64,000 nt of DNA, taken from the NCBI GenBank assembly GCA_032718475.1, contig JAUCBJ010004672.1, forward strand, positions 7,333 through 71,332, in the 5' to 3' direction. This DNA is from Nemertoderma westbladi (taxonomy: Eukaryota > Animalia > Xenacoelomorpha). The notes under the pieces were generated by a model that worked only from the letters and a program-made list of their open reading frames with translations, was not told the origin of the DNA and ran no database searches. Of the stretch, positions 14,301-26,300 are shown one piece after another (position 1 is the first letter of the stretch; the number at the start of each line of letters is the position of its first letter). A program made the position numbers and the translations under genes.

Positions 14301-17300
14301 CCCTTTTCTATTTGATGATTTATAGAATTTAACCGCATTAATAAGGTCTAGTATTTATCAGTCTGTGCAGGTGTGTGTCGCACTCCGCTTCTCGGACTCC
14401 CTATCACTTTGTCAGTCTGTGGATGGAGTTTTGGTAGACTGGATCTACAAATTATTTAGGCTATTCTACAAAGTCAGATATTAGTTCTGTAGTTTGTACC
14501 AATGCAATTTAAATTTGTCCGTAATTTGACCAGGGTGTCCTGAATTTGAAGAGTTAACACTAGCAGGCGCCTAGGCCTACAGGCCTACGACCTATACAGC
14601 TATAAACTTTGGTCTCTGAGAAAAGAGCTTTCGAATGAGCCCAAAACGAACGAACTCCGTACGACCACTAGAACTGGAGATTATACATTTTGAAGATCTC
14701 CGATGACCGATAAGTCTATTCCGTGTAATCCCGCAAAGACCGCAGAATCGCTTATTCAAGTCCCGTCTTCATTCCGGAGATTTGAAGTTGTCTTATAAAC
14801 TGATCAGTAGATCCAATAATCACAAAAAAATACTTTCTCAATTAAAATTTTGTGCTCTTTCTCGGAGACATCCAATTAGCACCACTGAGCACAGAAATTT
14901 GCATAAATTGAATGCAAACCCCAAACTTCATCTCCTTTACCAATATCGCGATATATCGGAGCCAGTATCTTCTATCCCAGATATCTCGAAAACTAAGCAA
15001 GATATGAGAAAACGGTTTCCATATTTGGATTCAGCATGAAATTCTGCATCAGATAGGATATGTTTCAAAAATTCGACTTTTTGGTCAGAAAATGCGCTAC
15101 CCCCCTCTTAATATCGATGAGTGTTTTAAATAAATAATAATAAAAATATGTAGGGGGCCTAGGCTAGGCCTATGCATGCAGTAGGCCTATTGCTGTATTG
15201 TGTATTGTACGGTGTCTTGTATCTGGTAGTCTGGGTACCTCTGTCAGTATCAGCATGTAGGGTAACGGTAGCATGTAGGGGTAGCAGGCAGGCCTACCTC
15301 TGTTTGTAGTTATTTAATACCTGGCAACTGGTTGCTGCCCTGTCCTGGCACATAAGCAGTAGGCCTATAGCCTACAACAAGCACTTGATTTTGTCGAATT
15401 TAGTTTCAAGCCGGTTCTAATGATAGGCCTACTAATACAGTAATATTAACGTGCCCAAATTTGATGAGAATGTCCAGAGCAGCAGAGCGCAGCCCCTTTT
15501 TCAATTTCATATTCCAACAATAATCCACGGGCTGACTGGCACACAGAGATTTTAACTTGAAATCGGCAGAATCCAGCCAGCATCTGGCCTGACTGTACTA
15601 AAGACATACAGACATATACCAGCATACTGGCTGCCTAAACGACAGCTTAAATGGAAAAGGCATAACTGACACACTGATGCAGGAATGCGAGTTAATATAA
15701 TTATGTTTAACTTTCAGGGTCGCAATGAGACAGATGGAACTTGTGTTCTGATTAATGGAATTCCGTCTAATCTTATAGAAATTGACGTTAATGAGGCTGT
15801 CGATTCTTTTGGCACTATAATGTAAGTTTATACTGCAGTCAGTCAGTCATATACCGGTTCTGAGCTATTATTATTAGGTATATTGCAGGGTTGCCACTCA
15901 CCGGAAGCTGGAATAGTCAGGGAATTTCATTTTTTCTTAAAATTTCAGGGAAATGTTGGAATTCTAGTAAAAATTTAACAAATCAGGGAATGTGTAAAAA
16001 AATCTGCCGTCTGTCCCACTCTCGGTACAGCTGATTGCCAACCCATCCCGGTGAGAGAAGGGTCTCTCCCACTCTCGGTACAGCTGTCTGTCAAAGATAG
16101 GTCATATCTATAGTAGGTCATGTCATTGCATTATATAATAACTGTATAAGGACTGCACTTGATTACAGAAATACCCAACTACAGTTGTCAACCGGTCAGT
16201 CCATAGTGCAGTATGAGGACCCACATGCTGCTAGCAGCTGCGTACAGGCCTCCAACACAGGGATGCTAAGGATAGGGGGTGCCGAAGTACAGGCCACTCT
16301 CACCAACATGAAGCCGAGGTCAGTATAACTCAACCTAACTCTGGTCTAATAACAAACTACTCATCTGCTAGTACAACAACTTTTTGTTGGGCACAGCTTT
16401 TGCAAAGTCGGCAATGACGTCCAGGTGGGATCGAACTAGTGAGTGACCTTTGGGTTTGAATTCTGACGCTCTAACCATTCAGCTAGCGGCTCAGGTAAAA
16501 AGATAGACCCTCGAAATACTATCTGATACCTTGTATGTCCGCAATTTACCTCCTCATGGCCTCCCATCTGTCAATACCATCATATGCTGCCACTGTGCTC
16601 AACCCTGCAGTACTTGGCCGTCTCTAACCACTCGCTACAATGAAAGCGTAGTGTATATTAACAATGAACCATCACGACCACTATGACTAATTATACACTC
16701 TAACTACTTATCTAGGTAGGACAGTCATTGCCGACTTTGCAAAAGCTCTGCCCAACAAAAAGTTATAATAATATGCATTTATGTTCATTCCTTTAGCGGC
16801 GAGAAACCCAACCACGTGTTACTAATAACGGTAAACAATGCTATGTATCCGATTTCTACGGATGTTGTACACAAGATAACGAACCAACACGCCAATGTTT
16901 TACGGATCGTTATATTCCGCAAGAATGGGATTCAGGCGCTAGTCGAATTCGAGACAATATCGGCGGGGCGGTTGGTTAAATCCCAACTCAATGGGGCCGA
17001 TGTGTACGCAGGGTGCTGCACGCTTAAAATCGAGTACGCTAAGGTAAGCTGTTACTCTAAGTTATAATCAATGTCTACTCCTTACGGTCCAACTCCATTA
17101 CTGCAAAAATATATAATTAATTAATTAGACTTTTAAAAATTCGTTTAAGTAATTTTTGCTTGAAGGATATTCTGGAGTAACTCGGCTCATACTAAATCAC
17201 ACACAGATAGTTCAGATAGAGGATAGTCTGACGAAAAATAACCCTAAAAAAGGGTAAAGGATACATATTGCCTATACCTAATGAAATATTATTATTTTAT

Positions 17301-20300
17301 AAACCAGAACCTAACAATAATTCATAAAATATTTGCAATTTTATAATGTTATTAACTCCCCCTTAACAACATAATATCGCATGATATACGTAAAAGGGTA
17401 ATGATATAATACTTGGATATTCTACCTACACTCTAAATCAATAAGCAGCGCATTTAAATATGTTGTAGAAATTTCTGATATTCAATAACAAACAATATAT
17501 ATAATATAAAACATTTTATTTTTTCGTTTGTTTGTTCTGTCTCGTTTCTCTTTTATTGTTTGTCAATGCATTCACCTTATTGTTGTGAGGAATTTCTTTT
17601 TAAAATATATATATACCACAAAATGTGAACTGCATTATAAAACAGGAAATTATTATCTCCCCAATTTATTTTTATATATTTCGTGTATATATTATATATT
17701 ATATGGTACTCAACTCATTAAAAATGAACGACCATCATACATTAATCACATTAAGAATATATTCCAGGTATAAAGAAACACAATTATGCTACACAATATA
17801 GAACTCGGTTTAAATACCAGTAATAATATAATATTGTTTATCTGACACTCCCCCCATCCCACCATAGACAACAACATTGAATGTCCGCAGAAACGATTCT
17901 GAAACTTTCGATTATACACAAGATCTGGGCCAAGGACATCTACAACAACGTAAGTACCGAACGATATACCGGTAAACAGAGCTCTGTAACACTCACCATT
18001 AGTAACAGAGCTCCGTAACAGACACCATTATTAACAGAGCTCCGTAACATCAGTATCAGTAACAGAGCTCCGTAACAGTCAGTAACAGAGCTCCGTAACA
18101 GTCAGTAACAGAGCTCCGTACCAGTTACCATTAGTAACAGAGCTCCATAACAGTCACCATTAGTAACAGAGCTCTGTAACAGGCACCATTAGTAACAGAG
18201 CTCCGTAACAGTCAGTAACAGAGCTCTGTAACAGTCACCATTAGTAACAGAGCTCCGTAACAGTCAGTATCAGTAACAGAGCTCCGTAACAGTCACCATT
18301 AGTAACAGAGCTCCGTAACAGTCAGTAACAGAGCTCCGTAACAGACACCATTAGTAACAGAGCTCCGTAACAGTTACCATTAGTAACAGAGCTCCGTAAC
18401 AGACACCATTAGTAACAGAGCTCCGTCAGTCAGTATCTGTAAAAGTCTCCATAACAGTCAGTAAATAAACCTCAAACAAACAAGTCTTACCTTCAAACAT
18501 AACATAACATTTTATTGCAAAATTTCAACACACTAAACTACGGGTCATTCCATGTCAAATCATCCAGTTATTTTTGATTTTGTAACCCCAGGCCTAGGTC
18601 ATGGATTTTGATGAAACTTTCACCAAATGATAACTCACATATGGTATGAAAAACCCCAAAATTTCAGCTCCTTGTATCCACTGGTTCAAAAGATATGGCT
18701 CGTCAAAGTTTCGTCTCCGTATCACATTTGGTGAAAAAATTGATCCTATTTATATCCATAATCATTGTATATAGATGTCAAAATTGTTCATGCTGGGGTA
18801 ATTTAGGGTGTTGAACACGAATCTGACATCAAAATTTTGATTGGGAGACCCTAGAGTTTATATTTTCTCAACTTTTGATAATGACGATTGGCGAAGGACG
18901 AAATATTTTTGACTTCTAATTTCCTAATGTAGCTGAATATCTTTGAGCTAGATATTCTCAGTGTAGATGTCTGATATACTAAAGTGTATTCACAGAAAAA
19001 ATTGTGTGTGACATATTTGAAGAACATGATTTATTACTGTTTCATTAAATATTTTCATTATCGCGATCGCGTCATTCGGAGCGAGGGCTAAACAGGGGGG
19101 TTAGGTCATAACATAACATATAGTGGCAATTGACTCAAAGGTTCGGTATTAATGTGAAACTAATGAAAAAAAAGTAGGGTGCACTGCACCCTCAAGGGTA
19201 CCACCTACACCTCTTCTTTTTTGGAGACGACTTATTATCGCGATGATCAATATAGCCATTTCAGCACAATAGATGCACTTCTAGAGGTCTTATCAAGATG
19301 AATTTGGTCTCATTCAAACCCCAATGGTCGATTTAGTGGGTGTAGACACCTTCAAACTAGATTTCAGTGAATAGTTATTGATATATTACACAAAATGTGA
19401 ATGATGCCCTAACAGAGACATTAATGCTTCAATGTGAAATATGCACATAACTGAACGAATTTTTCTAATTATTCCACTGGATCAGGAATAGGCCCATTTG
19501 AACGACAACGATCGATATAGTATGTATAGATAGATACTGGACCTTCATAATAGTAGTTGAGTGACTAGTTCTTGAGATATTGTACAAATGGGGTTGTCAT
19601 GTTAAACTGATGTTTGATCAATGGAATGCATTTTGAGAGCAGGACTGTTGTACATCGATGTATGAATATCCAGTAAAAATGATACTTCTAATTATACCAA
19701 TAGGTCAAGAATGGACTCATTGGAACCACAATGATCGATTTAGTTAGTGTGGACACCTTCAAATCAGGAGTGAATGATCAATTTCCAAGATATTGCATGA
19801 AAGGTTCAGGCCTGCTGAACCCAACCATTTAAGTTTCAAAGTGATATAATCATGATATAAGCATAATAGGTACCACAAACAGTAGTTAACATTCATTACC
19901 TTAGAGAATTTAGACATGCTCCTTCAACCTCTTGGTGTAAATTATAAACACTTGCAAAATAACACTAGAGTGGTAATTTTGCTGAATTGATGCACAAATT
20001 AAAAAGGTTGACATTGGCTCAATCATGGAAAAGACTGAGTCAGCCTATACCTTTTGCTCGGTAACTATATATATATAAAACATAAACTTCTCTTCTGTAA
20101 CTTTGTGAGTGTTTGTACTTTACACCAACAAAATAGAGCATTGCCGAATGTATAAGCATGTCTTAATTCTCTAAGGTAATGAATGTTAACTATTGTTTGT
20201 GGTACCTACTGTTTTTTTAGTTCATGCTTAGATCAGTAACTTTGAAACTCAAGTGGTTGGGTTGGACAGACCTGAACCTTTCATTTCATGCAATATCTTG

Positions 20301-23300
20301 GAAATTAATAAACTCATTCCTGAATTGAAGGGGTCCACACTAACTAAATCGATCATTGTGGTTTCAATGAGGCTATTCTTGACCTATTGGTATAATTATA
20401 AGTATCATTTTTAGTGGATATTCATATATCAATGTGAAACTACAGTGACAGTCATGCTCTCAAACAGCATTCCTTTGATAAAACTTTGATACATCATCAG
20501 TTAAACATGACAACTTCTTTTGTACAATATCTCAAGAACTATTCACTCTAATACTATTATGAAGGTTTCTATCTATACATACTATATCGATAATTGTGGT
20601 TCCAATGGGCCTATTCCTGATCCAGTGGAATACTTAGAAGAATTCGTTTAGTATGTGCCTACTTCATATTGAGGCATAATGTCTCTGGTAGGGCATCATT
20701 CACATTTTGTGTAATATATCAATGCCTATTCACTGCAATCTAGTTTTGAAGGTGTCTGCACCCACTAAATGAACTATTGTGGTCTGAATGAGACCAAATT
20801 CATATTGATAAGACCTCTAGAAGTGCATCTATAATGTTATTGTGCTGAAATGGCTATATTGATGGATCATCGCGATAATAAGTCGTCTCCAAAAAAGAAG
20901 AGATAGGTACCCTTTAGGGTTACTACATTTTTTTTTTTTTTTTTCAATGTTATGACCTAACAACCCCCCTCCTGTTTAGCCCTCGCTCCGAATATTACGA
21001 TCGCGATAATATGATATTTAATGAAACAGTGATAAATCATGTAACTTCAAATATGTCACACACAATTTTTTCTGTGAATACACTTTAGTATATCAGACAT
21101 CTACACTGAGAATATCTAGCTCAGAGATATTCAGCTACATTAGGAAATTAGAAGTCAAAAATATTTAGTCTGTCGCCAATCGTCATTATCAAAAGTTGAT
21201 AAAATTTAAGTTCTAGCGCCTTACAATCAAAATTTTGATGTCAGATTCGTGTTCAACACCCCAAATTACCCCAACATGAACAGTTTTGACATCTATATAC
21301 AATGATTATGGATATAAATAGAAAAATGTCATCTACGCACCTATCGCGATTGATCAATTTTTTCGCCAAATGTGATACGGAGACAAAACGATGACGAGCC
21401 ATAACTTTTGAACCAGTGGATACAAGGGGCTGATTTTCATACCATATGTGGGTTATCATTTGGTGAAAGTTTCATCAAAATCCATAACCTAGGGATACAT
21501 GGCCTGGATGACTTGACATGGAATGACCCCTACATGACTGACTATATAGGCAACTCGTAATAATTTCAGTTATAGAGTTACATGTAACATTGTTTCAAAT
21601 AGTTAGTAACCCTTGTCAGACAATGTACCAACAATGGAATTATTGAATTGGTTTAACTTTCAACATAAATAAATATAACTCTTTCGAGTTTTTACCTCAC
21701 CATCCGTCAGATGACATATATTTAACTGTTATAACTATAAAGAAATATACCTAACTAATCGTGAACTATATTGGGTTCCACAATAACCCTCGAATTATGA
21801 CACATTGATCGCATTGGGTCGCATAAAGTCCTCCAGGTAACCTTATATATCGGTATATACAGTGTGGTTGTGGTATATTTTATTTTGTAGCCCCTCACCG
21901 AATATAATATTCAGACAGTACTTTATCTTACTGTCTTACTCCGATTAGAGCCCGGGCCATTTGACCGTATCCGCAGTCGGCCGCTGGAGGAGGGGGTGGG
22001 GGCTTTTGGAATTATTTGGTTAGGTTTATTAGTAGTTTCATTAATTTTTTTTTATTATTTCTCGCTTATCCCTATTTAGTCATGGTGGGGTGATTTTAGA
22101 CATTTTTTTAGATTCATCTCGAGAATTTAATACCTTTTTTTTCTAAAAATTAATGGGCTATCATAAAAGCGCCAATGTTATTTTTAACGATTTGTGTCGC
22201 GATCAGCTACTCTAAAACCAATGTAGCTTCAGAATTACCCAACCAATGGCCAAATTTAACAGTTTGAAATATTTTTTTATTCTTTTACTTTTCGTCCTGG
22301 GGGACCAGAGTAGAATCCCGGGTGCGGGTGGGCTAGATAGTGTTAATCGGGGTCCAGTCCCCCATGGTGGGTTATTGTAAGTAACGACTAGAGGCTCTGT
22401 GTGTCGGGGTCCAGTCCCCCATGGTGGGTTATTGTAAGTAACGACTAGAGGCTCTGTGTGTCGGGGTCCAGTCCCCCATGGTGGGTTATTGTAAGTAACG
22501 ACTAGAGGCTCTGTGTGTCGGGGTCCAGTCCCCCATGGTGGGTTATATTGTAAGTAACGACTAGAGGCTCTGTGTGTCGGGGTCCAGTCCCCCATGGTGG
22601 GTTATATTGTAAGTAACGACTAGAGGCTCTGTGTGTCGGGGTCCAGTCCCCCATGGTGGGTTATATTGTAAGTAACGACTAGAGGCTCTGTGTGTCGGGG
22701 TCCAGTCCCCCATGGTGGGTTATATTGTAAGTAACGACTAGAGGCTCTGTGTGTCGGGGTCCAGTCCCCCATGGTGGGTTATTGTAAGTAACGACTAGAG
22801 GCTCTGTGTGTCGGGGTCCAGTCCCCCATGGTGGGTTATATTGTAAGTAACGACTAGAGGCTCTGTGTGTCGGGGTCCAGTCCCCCATGGTGGGTTATAT
22901 TGTAAGTAACGACTAGAGGCTCTGTGTGTCGGGGTCCAGTCCCCCATGGTGGGTTATATTGTAAGTAACGACTAGAGGCTCTGTGTGTCGGGGTCCAGTC
23001 CCCCATGGTGGGTTATATTGTAAGTAACGACTAGAGGCTCTGTGTGTCGGGGTCCAGTCCCCCATGGTGGGTTATATTGTAAGTAACGACTAGAGGCTCT
23101 GTGTGTCGGGGTCCAGTCCCCCATGGTGGGTTATATTGTAAGTAACGACTAGAGGCTCTGTGTGTCGGGGTCCAGTCCCCCATGGTGGGTTATATTGTAA
23201 GTAACGACTAGAGGCTCTGTGTGTCGGGGTCCAGTCCCCCATGGTGGGTTATATTGTAAGTAACGACTAGAGGCTCTGTGTGTCGGGGTCCAGTCCCCCA

Positions 23301-26300
23301 TGGTGGGTTATATTGTAAGTAACGACTAGAGGCTCTGTGTGTCGGGGTCCAGTCCCCCATGGTGGGTTATATTGTAAGTAACGACTAGAGGCTCTGTGTG
23401 TCGGGGTCCAGTCCCCCATGGTGGGTTATATTGTAAGTAACGACTAGAGGCTCTGTGTGTCGGGGTCCAGTCCCCCATGGTGGGTTATATTGTAAGTAAC
23501 GACTAGAGGCTCTGTGTGTCGGGGTCCAGTCCCCCATGGTGGGTTATATTGTAAGTAACGACTAGAGGCTCTGTGTGTCGGGGTCCAGTCCCCCATGGTG
23601 GGTTATATTGTAAGTAACGACTAGAGGCTCTGTGTGTCGGGGTCCAGTCCCCCATGGTGGGTTATATTGTAAGTAACGACTAGAGGCTCTGTGTGTCGGG
23701 GTCCAGTCCCCCATGGTGGGTTATATTGTAAGTAACGACTAGAGGCTCTGTGTGTCGGGGTCCAGTCCCCCATGGTGGGTTATATTGTAAGTAACGACTA
23801 GAGGCTCTGTGTGTCGGGGTCCAGTCCCCCATGGTGGGTTATATTGTAAGTAACGACTAGAGGCTCTGTGTGTCGGGGTCCAGTCCCCCATGGTGGGTTA
23901 TATTGTAAGTAACGACTAGAGGCTCTGTGTGTCGGGGTCCAGTCCCCCATGGTGGGTTATATTGTAAGTAACGACTAGAGGCTCTGTGTGTCGGGGTCCA
24001 GTCCCCCATGGTGGGTTATATTGTAAGTAACGACTAGAGGCTCTGTGTGTCGGGGTCCAGTCCCCCATGGTGGGTTATATTGTAAGTAACGACTAGAGGC
24101 TCTGTGTGTCGGGGTCCAGTCCCCCATGGTGGGTTATATTGTAAGTAACGACTAGAGGCTCTGTGTGTCGGGGTCCAGTCCCCCATGGTGGGTTATATTG
24201 TAAGTAACGACTAGAGGCTCTGTGTGTCGGGGTCCAGTCCCCCATGGTGGGTTATATTGTAAGTAACGACTAGAGGCTCTGTGTGTCGGGGTCCAGTCCC
24301 CCATGGTGGGTTATATTGTAAGTAACGACTAGAGGCTCTGTGTGTCGGGGTCCAGTCCCCCATGGTGGGTTATATTGTAAGTAACGACTAGAGGCTCTGT
24401 GTGTCGGGGTCCAGTCCCCCATGGTGGGTTATATTGTAAGTAACGACTAGAGGCTCTGTGTGTCGGGGTCCAGTCCCCCATGGTGGGTTATATTGTAAGT
24501 AACGACTAGAGGCTCTGTGTGTCGGGGTCCAGTCCCCCATGGTGGGTTATATTGTAAGTAACGACTAGAGGCTCTGTGTGTCGGGGTCCAGTCCCCCATG
24601 GTGGGTTATATTGTAAGTAACGACTAGAGGCTCTGTGTGTCGGGGTCCAGTCCCCCATGGTGGGTTATATTGTAAGTAACGACTAGAGGCTCTGTGTGTC
24701 GGGGTCCAGTCCCCCATGGTGGGTTATATTGTAAGTAACGACTAGAGGCTCTGTGTGTCGGGGTCCAGTCCCCCATGGTGGGTTATATTGTAAGTAACGA
24801 CTAGAGGCTCTGTGTGTCGGGGTCCAGTCCCCCATGGTGGGTTATATTGTAAGTAACGACTAGAGGCTCTGTGTGTCGGGGTCCAGTCCCCCATGGTGGG
24901 TTATATTGTAAGTAACGACTAGAGGCTCTGTGTGTCGGGGTCCAGTCCCCCATGGTGGGTTATATTGTAAGTAACGACTAGAGGCTCTGTGTGTCGGGGT
25001 CCAGTCCCCCATGGTGGGTTATATTGTAAGTAACGACTAGAGGCTCTGTGTGTCGGGGTCCAGTCCCCCATGGTGGGTTATATTGTAAGTAACGACTAGA
25101 GGCTCTGTGTGTCGGGGTCCAGTCCCCCATGGTGGGTTATATTGTAAGTAACGACTAGAGGCTCTGTGTGTCGGGGTCCAGTCCCCCATGGTGGGTTATA
25201 TTGTAAGTAACGACTAGAGGCTCTGTGTGTCGGGGTCCAGTCCCCCATGGTGGGTTATATTGTAAGTAACGACTAGAGGCTCTGTGTGTCGGGGTCCAGT
25301 CCCCCATGGTGGGTTATATTGTAAGTAACGACTAGAGGCTCTGTGTGTCGGGGTCCAGTCCCCCATGGTGGGTTATATTGTAAGTAACGACTAGAGGCTC
25401 TGTGTGTCGGGGTCCAGTCCCCCATGGTGGGTTATATTGTAAGTAACGACTAGAGGCTCTGTGTGTCGGGGTCCAGTCCCCCATGGTGGGTTATATTGTA
25501 AGTAACGACTAGAGGCTCTGTGTGTCGGGGTCCAGTCCCCCATGGTGGGTTATATTGTAAGTAACGACTAGAGGCTCTGTGTGTCGGGGTCCAGTCCCCC
25601 ATGGTGGGTTATATTGTAAGTAACGACTAGAGGCTCTGTGTGTCGGGGTCCAGTCCCCCATGGTGGGTTATATTGTAAGTAACGACTAGAGGCTCTGTGT
25701 GTCGGGGTCCAGTCCCCCATGGTGGGTTATATTGTAAGTAACGACTAGAGGCTCTGTGTGTCGGGGTCCAGTCCCCCATGGTGGGTTATATTGTAAGTAA
25801 CGACTAGAGGCTCTGTGTGTCGGGGTCCAGTCCCCCATGGTGGGTTATATTGTAAGTAACGACTAGAGGCTCTGTGTGTCGGGGTCCAGTCCCCCATGGT
25901 GGGTTATATTGTAAGTAACGACTAGAGGCTCTGTGTGTCGGGGTCCAGTCCCCCATGGTGGGTTATATTGTAAGTAACGACTAGAGGCTCTGTGTGTCGG
26001 GGTCCAGTCCCCCATGGTGGGTTATATTGTAAGTAACGACTAGAGGCTCTGTGTGTCGGGGTCCAGTCCCCCATGGTGGGTTATATTGTAAGTAACGACT
26101 AGAGGCTCTGTGTGTCGGGGTCCAGTCCCCCATGGTGGGTTATATTGTAAGTAACGACTAGAGGCTCTGTGTGTCGGGGTCCAGTCCCCCATGGTGGGTT
26201 ATATTGTAAGTAACGACTAGAGGCTCTGTGTGTCGGGGTCCAGTCCCCCATGGTGGGTTATATTGTAAGTAACGACTAGAGGCTCTGTGTGTCGGGGTCC

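Noticed and set aside
14590-15111. Possible TTAA-ended MITE (..GCGCTACCCCCTCTTAA)
   Set aside because: Looks repeat-like, but no matching left terminal inverted repeat was found.
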